A stretch of DNA of 64,000 nt, taken from the NCBI GenBank assembly GCA_010093605.1, contig MU004195.1, positions 1,007,566 to 1,071,565 on the forward strand. The letters are read 5' to 3'. The stretch's first letter is position 1; the number at the start of each line of letters is the position of its first letter. The translations under genes and the position numbers were made by a program. The DNA comes from Lophium mytilinum. Its lineage: Eukaryota. The notes under the pieces are model-generated. The model did no database searches, was not told where the DNA came from, and saw only the letters and a program-made list of their open reading frames with translations. Below are positions 1-14,400 of the stretch, in pieces.

Positions 1-1228
1 TTTATTTAAATAAAAAGTCTTTTAAGCTACCTTTCTACTATAGAAAGGTAAACTATTTATAGACCTTAGCCCTTATAAGTTTTATAAGGAGTTCTATAAT
101 ATTAGAATAGATAATAATAAATTACTAGTAGAAGTTATAGAAGCCTAGAAAAGCTTATATATTATAGAGGTTCTATAGTTATAGCTAGTTAATAACTATC
201 TTAACCTTAGCTAGGTCTATCTTAAGGCTATTAACGCTAATAATAACGCCTAGATACTTAACTTTCTACTTATAGAATTTATACTTAGTAATATTAAGAA
301 AGAGACCGGCTTTATAGAGTTACTAGAGGATTTTTTTAATATAGCCTATATATTTCTCTAACATCTTACTAAAAATAAAAATATTATTAAGATAAGCTAT
401 ATAGAAATTATCTAAGTATTTTAAGAAAATATTATTAATAAAGGCTTAGAATATTACTAGGGTATTATATAAGCTAAAGAGTAGAATAGTAAATTTAAAT
501 AGGCTATATCTTATAAGAAATACTATATACTTTTTATTGCCCTCTTATATTTAAATAGCATTAAAGGTGGTAATAATATTAAACTTAGTATAGTATTAGG
601 TGTATTTAAGTAAGGCTAAAGTGTTCTTTATAGCTAGAGGGATATTATAGGCCTTAATTATAATAGTATTAAGGCCTTAATAATTAATATAGATGTATAG
701 GCCTCCGCCGGGCTTATAGATAATAATAATAAAAGCTATATATTAGCTATTACTTTTTCTAATATAGCTTTTACTATATATCTTATTAATAAATATCTTA
801 ATAACTAGCGTTTTATTCTATAAGAGCCTATAGACTTTATATACTAGTACCTTAGTTTCTAGCTTAATATTAATATAATAGTTAATATCTATTCTATCTT
901 TTACCTTATAATATAGTAGAAGCTTATTAGCTTTCTTTAGGTTCTATATATTAAGAAAGCTATAATATTCTATAGGTACTAATACTTTAAGTTTATTATA
1001 GGTTATTAGCTTACGCTCTATTTTCTTAAAGAATTTTTATTAGTTATCTTTTAATATTATATAGAGACTAATAGCTACTAAGTTATTAGTAAAATTAGCT
1101 AGATCTAAAATAACGTTACTAGGTTTATATAGATATTCTTTAGCGCGCGCTTAGGCTTCTACTTTCTTATCTATAAGTACTAGCTTAAAATATTTAGGCT
1201 ATATATAAATAGTATCTTCCTCTAGTAA

Positions 1229-1420
1229 TATTAGGGCTTAAGGTTAGAATATTAGATTAAATAGTATTAATATTAATAAAAGATAAATATAAGAGAGGAA
1301 GAGGTTTCTAGAATAGGTGTTATAATAATCTAAAGAGTAGAGTAATATTTACCCGTTCTATAGAGCCTCTATTATATAACCTCTAAGTTATATATTATGC
1401 GCAAATATATAGCTATAATA
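1229..1420 (-). repeat. 3' LTR of element A
   Basis: Near-identical to 9903-10094 and 22271-22470; TA...TA ends consistent with RIP-mutated TG...CA; adjacent to the PPT. Confidence 0.92.
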
Positions 1421-1666
1421 CGTCTCCCCCCTCTAAAGAAGCCCCCTAATTAAAGCCTCCTTCTTATAAGAGAGTTCTTTCCATGCTAGAGTATCTATAA
1501 CTGCTTAAATATCTATTAAATAAAGTACTAGGTTATACTATAGTTATAATTTAAATAAAGGAAATAAATTAATTTATAGAGGATTACTTATTCTTCTTAT
1601 TTTTATATAGCCTTCTATAGTCTTACTACTTAGTATAGTCTTATATAGCTTTTCTAATAGTCTACT

Positions 1667-1739
1667 AGTATTACTATGCGCTATATTACTCTGCGCAGTA
1701 TTACTATATATAGTATTACTATGCGTAGTATTACTATCT
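1667..1739. repeat. 15-bp tandem repeat (~5 copies, agtattactatgcgc-like) in the 3' region of element A
   Basis: Units start at 1667, 1682, 1697, 1712 and 1727 and differ mostly by transitions. Confidence 0.8.
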
Positions 1740-4160
1740 TATTATTTATTTAAACTAGGGCCGGCTATAATAGAGCTATAAGGAGCTATATAGCCTTTAT
1801 AGCTACTAGCCTACTACTAGGTACTTATAATAATCTACGCTATTATATTATATTTAATTATTATGCATGTCCGCGGTTAGGCCTCCTTAATAAATTAATT
1901 TAACTACTAGTTTAGTAATTAAATTATATAGCTTCTATAGCGTTAGTTATATAGAGGTCTATAGTAGTAAGAATAGTAGCTAAGGTTAGTTTCTAGTCTA
2001 ATAGTAGTATAAATAATAAGTAAGGCTCTAGCTTCTTAGGGTAGCGATAGTAGAAATCTACTATAAGATAAGAATAACTATTAGCATAATTATAGTTATT
2101 CTATTAGGGTTTATTATTCTATCTAATAAACTTAATTTTATATTAGAGCATGCCCCTTTTACCTATAGTAGGGTTAAGTTATCTTCTATCTAGGCGGCTA
2201 TCTATAACTTCTTTAGTATTACCTTTCTAGTATATAGGTATTATTTTAATAGAGGGAGGTTTAGAATTATATTATTCTTTTATAGGAATAGTGTTAGCTA
2301 GATAGAGAAGCTATAGATAGAATACTAGATAGATATTCTCTATACCTTTTAGTAGGTTAAGCTTATACGCGCTTCTATTTTTATAGCTCTCTAGAATCTT
2401 AAAGGGGCCTAGTTTCTTAAAGTTAAGCTTCTTATTTAGGCGCGTTATTTTAATAAAGTGTCTATCTAATATAACTTAATTACCTAGGTAATATATATAA
2501 GCCGGTTATTATCCTATATTAGTATATTTCTTCTACTTAGTCTAGGCCTATTTAATTTCTATACAGAGGAACGCGCGTAGTTTATCTATTCTAGTAATAA
2601 ATTTATCTGCGAGTTTTATAAAATAAGCCGTTAGCGCGTTTACGCTAGGCTTAGTTATATTATTAGGCAATCGCGCGGCTAGTGCGGTACCTATACTAGA
2701 AATATAGCCCTTAGTAGCTATAAAGGGCGCTACTCTAGTAGAGGTATTCTTTACTAAGTTAGCTTTAAACTTAGTAATAGTAAGAAAGTTATACTAGTTA
2801 TCTTACTAGTAGTTAATATAAGCTCTAAGGTATTACTTTAGGCCTATATTAGTAACTTCTATTTATCTATCTATTTTAGAATAAAATATAGTAGAAAGCT
2901 TTAGTTTTATTTTAATATACTTATATAGGCGGAACTAGAAGGTTAAGATAAATTATATTTCTCTATTAGAAATAATAGACTATAGATATTCTTTAGTACG
3001 CTATACCTATTTAAGGAAGGCTTAGGTAACTTTCTTAGCGTCTATAGTAACTATAGAGATAAACTTACGTATTTTAAAGAGCCTATTAATAACTACTATA
3101 ATATATTAATAGTCCTATTTAAATTATAAGTATTTTAGAAGAGGGCTAATAAAGTCTACTATTAAATTAGTCTAGTATTAGTTAGGGATAGAGAGTAGCT
3201 TAAGGAAGCCTTATTTTACCTTACGTGCGTATTTAATATAGTTATATAGCTAACAGGCCTTAATATAGTAGTTAATATTAGAGGTTATTCTTAGCTAGAA
3301 GTAGTATATTAAGACGCGGTTATAAGTAGATATAGTTCTACTATAACTAACTAGTAGTAGTTTATAAAGGCTCTTAATAATAGCTAACTAGAGTTTCTTC
3401 TTAGTAGAAATATATAGATAGTTCTTTTAAATAAAGATAAGTCTATTATAGATTATATAGTTATAAAGTTTAAGTTTAACGCTATAGTTCTTAATAATAT
3501 TAGTAGATAAGCGGCGTAGTTTAGCTCTAATAGTATTCTTAATAGCGTTAGTAATAATATTATTAGTAAGAGCCTCTTATATATAATCTATAATATCTTA
3601 TTCTACTATACCTTTAGTAGAGTTACTCTATAACTCCCTCTACCTACTTAATAGCTCTAGTAGTTCTTTATTAGGGTTACTCTAAGACTTCCTCTAATTA
3701 AGTTCTACTTTACTAAGGTTATATATTATTACTGTAAGAGAGACTATATTATAGGTAACGCCGTTAGTTATAATATAGGCTAGTTTAATTGCGTAACGCA
3801 TTTCTAGTTCTAGGTTATAGTTCTTAAGGATAGTCTATTACTAAATCTTATAGCGTTTATTATCTCTATCTAGTATATTACCTAGACGTCTAGTTAGTAA
3901 ATTAGCCTTACTATTATTCTTGCCCGGCCTGTAAGTAATCCGGAAGTTAAACTTAGAGAGGAATTTAGCCTATCTAGCTTATCTTTAATTAAGCTGCTTA
4001 GTTTCTATAAAATACTATAATATCTAGTAGTCTAAAAGGACTTTAATAGGGTTACTATAGCTATAACTAGTAAGTTCTATATACTATTCTTTAAAGGCGC
4101 AGATAATTACTAGAAGTTCTTTATTATAGATTTAATAGTTAAGCTAGGCTATACTTATCT

Positions 4161-4170
4161 NNNNNNNNNN
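4161..4170. other. Assembly gap (10 N)
   Basis: nnnnnnnnnn in the sequence. Confidence 1.
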
Positions 4171-4559
4171 AGAATAAAGATTAGATATTCTAGCCTAAGT
4201 ACTTACTATTTCTACTTACTTCCACCCCCGCCTTATACTACTATAGAGAGGGAAGAGCGGTAAATAGAATTATTTTATAGTAGAATATAGGCGGTATTAT
4301 ATACGGGGCATGTATATATTAGCTCTAGCACCGCTAAGGCTAATTAGGTAAAAGATACTATAGAACTAAATTATTAATAGTTTAAAATAATAGATAATAA
4401 TTAAGTATTATTAGGCTGCGTAGTATATAGATAAACTACTACTAGTCTATATAGTAATATTACCTACGCTAGTAGTTTATATAGATGTTGCGTAATTTAC
4501 GCAGTTTACTAGAAGTTTACGCCGTTTACTGCCGAGCACTAATAGCTCTAACTTTTACA
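4171..4559. mobile_element. Probable LTR end of a further element (C) inserted in the RNase H region of A
   Basis: Sequence is unrelated to the flanking pol, ends in ...ttttACA at 4559, and A pol resumes immediately after; the other end is lost in the gap. Confidence 0.55.
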
Positions 4560-7500
4560 GTTTTAGGTTTTCCTAATATTAAAGAAGAAGTTCTCTAAGC
4601 TACCTTTCTACTATAGAAAGGTAAACTACTTATAGACCTCTACCCTAGTAAGTCTTATAAGGGGTTCTATAATATTAGAGTAAGTAATAATAAATTACTA
4701 GTAGAAGTTATAGAAGCCTAGAAAAGCTTATATATTATAGAGGTTCTATAGTTATAGCTAGTTAATAACTATCTTAACTTTAGCTAGATCTATTTTAAGG
4801 CTGTTAACGCTAATAATAACGCCTAGATACTTAACTTCTTATTTATAGAATTTATATTTAGTAATATTAAGAAATAGGCCTGCCTTATAGAGTTACTAGA
4901 GAACCTTCTTAATATAGCCTATATATTCCTCTATTATATTACTAAAGATAAGAATATTATTAAGGTAGGCTATATAGAAATTATCTAAATATTCTAAGAG
5001 AATATTATTAATAAAGGCTTAGAACGTTGCTAGGGCATTATATAAGCTAAATAGTAGAATAGTAAATTTAAATAGTCTATATCTAGTAAGGAACGCTATA
5101 TACTTTTTATTGCCTTTCCGCATTTAAATAGCGTTAAAGGCGGTAATAATATTAAACTTTATATAGTATTAGGCGTATTTTAGCAGGGCTAGAGTATCCT
5201 TTATAGCTAGAGGGACGTTTTAGGCCTTAATTATAATAGCGTTAAGGCCTTAATAATTAATGTAAATATATAGACCTCCGCCTAGTTTATAAATAATAAT
5301 AACTAGGGCTGCATATTAACTATTACTTTTCTAAATATAGCCCTTACTATATATCTTATTAATAAATATTTTAATAACTAGTATCTTATCTCTTAAGAGT
5401 CTATAGACTTTACGCGCGGGTGCTTTAGATTCTAGTTTAATATTAATATAGTAATTAATATTAGTGCCGTCTTTTACTTTATAATAGAGTAGAAGCTTAT
5501 TTACTTTCTTTAGGTTCTATATATTAAGGAAGCTATAATACTCTATAGATACTAATACTTTAAGTTTATTACAGGTTATTAGCTTGCGCTCTATCTTTTT
5601 AAAGAATTTCTACTAGTTATCTTTTAATATTGCGTATAGGCTAATAGCTACTAGGTTATTAGTAAAGTTAGCTAGATCTAGAATAATATTACCGGGTTTA
5701 TATAGGCGTCTATTAGTATATATATAGGCTTTAGCTTTCTTATTAGTAAGTACTAACTTAAAGTATTTAGGCTATATATAAATAGTATCTTCTTTAGAGA
5801 ACTATTAAGAATTATATAGATAGTTATTACTAGAGATAGCGCTAATATTAAGCGCCTTAAAGGCTGTAAGCTATATATTAAGTTTCTACTAGAATAGGCG
5901 CTTACTAGTGCAGGCTATAGGGTCTTTTAACTAAATATAGACTAGTTTATAGTTAACTAAGTATTAGAAGTAATAGTAATCTAAGTCTAGCTATATTATT
6001 TAGGTACTAAATTTTATATAAGTATTATGTATTATAAGCTAACCTATACTAAGAATAATATTATAGCCCTTAAGGTTATAGATAAAGGCCTAGAACTTAT
6101 TATAGTGGCCTTCTATTTATATAGTAACTTTAGCTACCTAGTTAATAATAGAGGTAGAGCTATTTAGTAGCTTAATATTTTATAAAGTAGCTTTATAGAT
6201 ATTAAGCTTATATTATTTAGTAAAGCTTATAGATATAAATATAAATTCTCTATATCTAGAATCTATAAGAACTATAGATTTAACTATTCTAGTTAAAGTC
6301 TTAATTCTATAGTTAAAGTCTATCTATTTACTAGATAGTAGAATAAGCCTAATAGCATATATAGATAGCTTAATATTAGGTAGCTTTAGAGGAGGTAGCT
6401 TAAGCTCTTAAATATATATAAGAGCTTAGGCTAGCGTGTCTTCTAACTATCTCTAATAATAACTTTTATTAGAGATTAAGCATTTTCTAAGTAATTAGAG
6501 TAAACTATATAGTTATCTTTCTTCTAGTTATAGTTCTTATATTTATATTTATATTAATATTCCTTATTACTACTATACTTAAAGGCGTTAAGTTTAATAC
6601 TATTAATGCCTATAGCTATAAGGCGCTTATTGCGCTAAGCCTCTATTATAGTCTTTCTAGCTATAGAATACTTAGGGTTACTAGCGCGGTAGTTCTTTTT
6701 AAAATAGCTAAAGTAACGTTCTTTCTTACTAAGGCGCAGACGGATATATAGTAGAATACTTAGTAGTAGAATAGTAGTAGTCTTCTTAATAGTAATATAG
6801 TTATTAGTCTTAGTAGTAGATACTTTATACCGGGCGCAGTTAGAGTTATAATAGCTATTCTACGCGTATATATTATTTAAGCGGCGTACTAAGATTTATA
6901 TAGTAAGAAGTTCTTTATTAGCTTATTTTTTATATTAAATATAATAATAGTCCTTATATAGAATATTATCTTTTACCTAGTACTAGGTTAATAAACTAAA
7001 GTTAATATATTTAGTAAGATCTATATACAGTATTTCCTTAAGGTAACAGTATTAAGTTGCGAGGCTATCCTTAATTTTACTATACTTAAGCCCGTTAAGA
7101 ACAATATTAAGGCGTTGTAGAAAGTCTAATATTTTTTTATTATATTACTATTTTATACCCTTACTATTAAGCTAGTTAAGAAGATAATTATAATAGATAG
7201 TATTACTTTTCTAGAATATAGTATCTAGGTCTTAGATAAGTTTATTAAGTAATTAATATAGGTTAGTAGATATAAGGAGACTATAGTCTTCTATAACCTT
7301 ATATATACGCCCCTTATAGTAGCTAATAGTAAGCTAGATTTAGGTTATAGCTATAGAGTAGGTCTACTAGTCTATTTAAACTAAGTAGATTAGATAGTTC
7401 TTCTATACTATATATACTAAAGCTTGTAATTTAAAGTTCTATAAGTAGATATACTTAGGTTAAGGGCCTTACTATCTAAATTAAGAATAGACGGGTCTAT

Positions 7501-9902
7501 AGACCTATAGTTAAGTAAAACTGCCTAGTTAGCTTAGGTTTAAATTATCTCTACCTCTATCTCTACCTCTAGTAGTAGTAAAGTATTATCCTAGAATGTA
7601 GTTATATTAGAACTTATCTAGGTTAAGAGTATATAGTTCTACTAGTAGTAGTAGAGAAATATTATTAGTAGAGTTATAATTAGTAGCGTATTTATATAAA
7701 TCTATATATAGATTATTAAATTATTCTACTAATGTATTTTATTAGATTTAAGCTTTAAGCTAGGTAATCTATATTAAGGCCTATTAGTATCTAGCTTCTA
7801 GATTATTAAGCTAAATAGTTTAGGCCTAGAAGTTAGCGTGCTTTTTATTATATAGGCGTTATACGCAGGCTAACTCTATCTACTCAGACTTAAGTTTATA
7901 GTTAAGGGTGCGGACCTACATCTAAAGCTTAGAGAGTTTATTATTAGTAAGTAAATATTTCTTATTTAGGTCCTTAATAGTAGTATTAGCGGCGTCTTAT
8001 TCTTATATAGTAATATTTATTCTATATCTAGAGTTATTATAGTTCTTATCTACTAGTATAATATAGTTCTACTATTATTATAGTACTAGTTAAATATTCT
8101 AAATAAGCTTCTATAGGTTCTAAAGCTTATATTATTCTTATAGTCTATTACTATACCGTATTTTAAAGATAGAGCTGCTAGCGCGCTATATAATTATAAG
8201 ATATAATTATTAATAGTCTTCTACGCGTATTATAATATATTGCTTATTACTCTATTCTATATCTACTACTTACTAGGCTAGGTTAGAAGTATTAAGTCTA
8301 GTAATTAATTTAACGCGGGTGGATTAGTGTTATAATAGAGATATATTAAAGAAGGAAATACTATAAACTAGTAGTATTCTTAGATACTTAGAGTTATAGA
8401 ACTAACGTGTTTTAGAAATAGTATTATAGTACGCTATAGCGTTAGGAGTATTAATAGTAATACCTTAATACGCTATCTTAAGCTTATTTACTTTATTATC
8501 CGCGTTATTACTAAACTAATGTTTCTTCTCTTAATAGTCTTATTTATTAGCTAAGTTAAAGTTAAAGAAAAAGCTATTATTATAGGTAGTAGTTATATTA
8601 TTAAGGCCGGCTATTATATTTATAAATTTATTAGGTAAATTAAAATTACCTAGTATATAGCTACTAATATAGAAGAGTAGAAGTATAGTCTTCTCTATAG
8701 TATTCTCTACTAGAGAAGCTAGAATAACTAGTAGAGGCTTGCCTATAGTACTAAATTTAGTCTAATAATAGTATATCTTAGTAGGTGTAATTAGTAGGAC
8801 TAGTCTAATTAATAGTTAAGAAGTAGTAGCTAATATCTATAACTAAAACTAAGTAGCGCCTTAGAAGAATAGATTTGCTAGCTAAATAAAAGGGGGCTGC
8901 GGGCTATAATTAATCTATATTATATTATTATTATTATTTTCTATAAGAAGGTGCTATAGGTTAGAGGCGCCTTCTTAATATAATATAATACTAATATAGC
9001 GGGGGTTAATAGGAATACTATTAGCGTTACTAAATAGGCGTCTAGTAGTAGAGCGTCTACTAGAAATAGAATTACTAAACTATAGGGCTTTAGCGCAGTT
9101 AAAAGTATAGTAGTTAGGGTTAGCTATATAAGAAGGTAGAAAAAGATTAGTATAGAAGAAAGAAAACTTAAAGGGGCGAGCTATTAAATTTATATGCAAG
9201 CTATTAATAAATTTTAGATTATTTACTACGCGCACTAGCTGCGTAGAAGGCTTAAGAAACTAGCACCTATTATAGTTAGTTGCGGTGTTATTAGGGGGTT
9301 GTAGTAAATAATAATATTAGATAGTCTATTTATAAAATAGGTAGTATATAGAAAATAGATAGTCTATAGATACTTATTCTATAATACTAAGTATATATAT
9401 AGGCTAGCTATTATTAATACTAAGCCTTCCGGGCGTTAGTCTCTATATAGTAATAGTAATTAATTAGTAATACTAGGGGCGCGCGCGCACTATTATTAAT
9501 ACTAAGCTTTCCGGGCATTAGTCTCTATACGGCGATAGTAAATTAGATAGAAGAAGAAGTTATAGAGCTGTTAAAGTAATTAATAAAAATTAGTAAGAAC
9601 TTTCTAGAGTGCTACTACTACTTCTCTATTATAGGGGCTTATAAGTACTACTATAGTTATAAGGTCTATTATCTAACTTTATGTATAATAGCTAGATTAC
9701 TTTATTAGGGGCCCGCGGCGCTACTAATAGGTATACTATATTATTAAGTATAGTCTTTATTAGGGGTCCGTAATACTACTAATAGTTACTATATTAGTAG
9801 GTATAAGTATACTATAGCTTATTATAAGAGCGCACTCTATTATAGAAAATTTTCTAGAGGTTGCTTCTATTACTTCTAGAAGCTAGAAGGGTATTTATCT
9901 TA

Positions 9903-10094
9903 TATTAGGGCTTAAGGTTAGAATATTAAATTAAATAGTATTAATATTAATAAAAGATAAATATAAGAGAGGAAGAGGTTTCTAGAATAGGCGTTATAAT
10001 AATCTAAAGGGTGGAGTAATATTTACCCGTTCTATAGAGCCTTTATTACGTAACCTCTAAGTTATATATTATATATAAATATATAGCTATAATA
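9903..10094 (-). repeat. 5' LTR of element A
   Basis: Matches 1229-1420; followed by TSD AGTAA. Confidence 0.92.
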
Positions 10095-11215
10095 AGTAAC
10101 TACTAAAAGTTATATAGATATTTATTACTAGATACTATATTAATATTAAGTACTTTAAAAGTAGTAAGCTAGGCGTTAAGCTTCTACTAGAATAGGCGTT
10201 TACTAGTATAGGTAATAGAGTTCTTAGACTATATATAGACTAGTTTATAATTAACTAGATATTAAAAATAGTAGTAGTTTAAGTCTAGCTATATTATTTA
10301 GATACTAAACTTTATATAAGTATTATATATTATAAGCTAGCCTATACTAAGAATAATATTATAGCTCTTTAGGTTATAGATTAGAGTCTAGAACTTATTA
10401 TAGTAGCCTTTAATCTATATAGTAACTTTAGCTATCTTATTAATAACTAATATAGAACTATTTAGTAGTTTAATATTATATAGAGTAGCCTTATAGATAT
10501 TAAGTTTATAATATTTTATAAAACTTATAGAAATAAATATAAAGCCGCTATATCTAGAGTCTATAAAAATAGTTAATTTAACTATTCTAGTTAAAGTAAT
10601 AATCTTATAGTTAAAGTCTATTTACTTACTAGAGAAAGAAGTAAGCCTAATAGTATATATAGAGAGTTTAATATTAGGTAGTTTAAAAGGAGATAGCTTA
10701 AGTTTCTAAATATATATAATAACTTAAGCTAGCGTATCTTCTAACTATCTCTAATAATAACTTTTATTAGAGATTAAGCATTTTCTAAGTTATCTAAATA
10801 AATAGCCTTATTATTATTATTATTTTAGCCTTAGTCTTTCTTATATTTATACTTATATTAATACTTCTAATTACTACTATAATTAAAAGCGTTAAGTTCT
10901 ATACTATTAATACTAGTAGTAGTAAGGCGCTTATTACGCTAAGCCTTTAATATAGTCTTTCTAGCTATAGTATATTTAGAGTTACTAGCGCAGTAGTTCT
11001 TTTTAAAGTAGCTAAAGCAACGTCCTTTCTTACTAAGGCGTAGGCGGACGTGTAGTGGAACGCTTAGTAATAGAATAGTAGTAGTCTTTTTAACTATAAT
11101 ATAGTTATTAGTCTTAGTAGTAGATACTTTATACTAGGCGCGGTTAGAGTTATAATAGCTATTCTACGCATATAAATTATTTAAGCGTTATACTAAGATT
11201 TATATAGTAAGAAGC

Positions 11216-11459
11216 TATAATAGATTATACTCTACCCTCTAGTTATATATTTACCTATTACTAGCCTTCTACCTCTATACCTATTATATTATCTAGCGCC
11301 GCCTACGCGCTAGCCCGCCTAGCGCCTACGCGCCTCTCTCTCCTCTATATATATAGTTTCTATCTAGAAGCCTCTCTTTCTACTTCTTATATAACCTCTT
11401 AAAATTAATCTATCTAGTTACCTTATACTACTAAGCTTCTCTATACTATAACTATAATA
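11216..11459 (+). repeat. 5' LTR of element B
   Basis: Direct repeat of 19029-19272. Confidence 0.93.
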
Positions 11460-14400
11460 TTAGGTTATATTAATACTCTAACTAGTACTAATTCTTTTTT
11501 ACTATTACTACTTTAACCTTTAAACCTTAATTCTTATTTACTAAGCTATCTAATAGCTTAAGCTATCTAATAGCTTAATAAGCGTACCTGTATAACTATA
11601 TATATAATACTAAAAAGTATATAGCTATACTACTCTATCTTACTAAGCGCTACTACTATATTCTTTATAATAAGTAATCTACCGCCTCTACTAGGCGCTA
11701 GAATAGAATCTAGATATTCTAGGCGCAGCGGCTTATAACTAGCCTTCTACTTTCTACTATCTTACTTATAGTTCTGCGCACCCTCTAAGTCTTCTTATAA
11801 GACTCTAAAGAGCGCGCCGCTTTAAAAGATAACTAAAGAAGATACCTAATAGTCTATCTAAATAATACGCGTAGATAATACTTAGCAGGCTACTTAGAAG
11901 AAAGAGAATTAGCTTATCTAAGAGAACTAGCTTACCTAAGATAAAGATGTTACTAAAAATAATAATATTAATAATTCTATATATACCCTAGACCTAATAA
12001 TCTATACCTCTATTACTAAGTACTATACTTCTAGCTAGGGTTGCAACTAGGGTATATTTCTTAACGCTATTAATAATATTACTAAATTTCTAGATTATTT
12101 ACTCCTGCCTAGTAATAAATAGTTTAACGGGTTAATTAAGATTATAGACTCTTAAGACTTCCTTATATAAGTCTAAGTAGACTCTATTTACTTCTTCTAT
12201 ATTCTTAGAAGCTATTAAGCTATAACTAAAATCCTTTAGTAGATATATAAGGATAACTAGAAAGCGCAGCGTAACCTCTAGAATAAGATTAAAGTCCTTA
12301 AGAAAGAATATAATAAGAAGAATAACAACTTAGAAGCCGTATATAAGAAACTTAAATACCTACTTAATATTAAAACTAAACTAGAAGAATATAAAAATAA
12401 ACTCTATACTTATAAGAAGATAATTACTTCTCTTAAGGTAGATATTAAGGCCTAGTAGAAGAACTATATTTAAGCTAATAAGTAGTCTATAAAGTAAGAA
12501 AAGATTATTAAATACCTTATAGCTAACCTTACTTAGATAGCTAAGAATAAGTATAAATATAATACGCGCCTTACTACCTTAGAGAATAAGATTAAAATAC
12601 TATAGACTCTTTAGCGCACTTTTATAACTACGCTAACTATATAAGCCCCCTATATACTAATACCCCTAGTAGTACTCTATCTAGCCTATTCTATTATACC
12701 TCTACTACCTATTAACTCTATTACTATAGTAGCTAAAGATCTACTAGCCTCCCTTAATAGAGTAATTAAATTAGAAGAAGCTTAAGCTAATAATAGCCCC
12801 TTAGCGGGCTATAACACTAATTAATCTTACCGCACTATAGAATATATAGGTAATAAAAATTAAGCTTACTATACTATAAAATATATACACGCTTACAGTT
12901 ACTATAACCCTAGCCTACTATTATCTAATAATAGAAGTCCTTCTTACCGCCGCACGCATAGCCTATCTTATTATTATAGCCACTTCTATAAGCGCCACTT
13001 CTATTAACGCTTACACTTATACTTACACTTATACTTATAATACATAAGCTATTACTATTACTAAGACCCCTATATTAAGACATCTAAAGATTATTAAAAC
13101 CTTAGTATTACTCTAAATAGAGTTCCTTATATAGAAGATAAGTTCTAGCCCTATCTAGATAAGTTTAGAGGTAATAAAAATAAGTACCCTAAGTTCTACC
13201 ACAGATTTCTAAATAAAGTTAACTATAGTAGCTATACTATAAGATCTAGCGAGCCTTTATATCTTATATACCTTAGTAAATAACTTACTAGTATACCCCT
13301 TAAAGGTTTCCATACTTAATAAGATAGCTACTAGCCCTTTTTTACTATCTAGAAAGCTATTATATTCTTAAACTCCTAATATAATAACTCTAATAAAATT
13401 AGTACTACTAAGAATAAGCTTTATAAGCTTATCTAGATAAATAGTATAATACCTAATTATATATAGAAACTAATAAAATTATATATAATCTACCTTCTAG
13501 GCTATAAAGGCTATAATAATATCTATAACCTTAAGTAGAAGCTTTACCTAGATATTATAGCCGGCGCTATTTTAGGTAAAGATTTTACTACTAGCCTATA
13601 GTATATTAACGCTGCATATAAATAGCTCTACAATAATAGCATTAATAAAAATACACAACCTAATACTAACTATAGCTTTAGTAACTTTAACTATAACTAG
13701 CCCTAAGGCTTTAATCACAATAATTACAACTATAATAACTATAACTATAATAACTATAATTACTGTAACTATAATTATAATTATAACTATAACTATACTC
13801 TACACCCTTTAACTATAGCTACCGCCTCTATAACCTAAGAAGATATTAAGATTACACCTCCCTCTAACTAGGTCCCCCCTAATAAACTCCGCAAAGGTAA
13901 TAAAGAAGCACTTATAAAGAAAGGTAAGTATTTCTACTACTATCTTTCTAAGTACTTTACCTAAAACCTATACTACCCTATAAATTAACTTAATAAATTA
14001 GGCTTTACTAATTATTAAATAGATATATCTCTAGCACCCCATCTTAATAATTATACTGCCCGCGTTAAAGAACTTTTAGATAGTAATAATAGTTTTAATA
14101 ATTATAACACCCTTAATAATAAGCGCGGCTCTAGCCACTCTAAAGGTAAAGGTCCTAAGAAAGGTTCTTAGAAAAAAGTAAAATTATAGACTATAGTCGC
14201 GGTCTATAATATAATAAGAACTTAGTTATAGAAAATCTTTAGGTTAAAAGGCTTATTATTTTAGCAGCCTCTCTTAGTAAAGCTTAATAGAAACTATTTT
14301 AAAATAAAGATAGAGAATTTAACATTAAGCAGGTAAATAATATAGTCCTTTTAGCAATAGTATAAACCTATAAGAAAGAATAACCTATAGAAATAATAAA

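Larger units (their letters stand above)
1229..10094 (-). mobile_element. Ty3/Gypsy LTR retrotransposon A, same family as H (RIP relic)
   Basis: 192-bp LTRs at 1229-1420 and 9903-10094; TSD AGTAA at 1224-1228 and 10095-10099; polypurine tract complement ctccccccctct at ~1424-1434; minus-strand de-RIP motifs for protease (LVDSG ~6250-6270), RT (AFIDDI ~5001-5018), RNase H (DKELLAIV ~4100-4125) and integrase (~2400-3300). Confidence 0.92.

Noticed and set aside
9408..9545. ~82-bp direct repeats as a separate element
   Set aside because: Also present in H at ~21785-21920, so they are part of the family's 5' leader.
13690..13800. (AACTAT)n-like satellite
   Set aside because: Lies inside B's gag region; best explained as a RIPed low-complexity coding tract.
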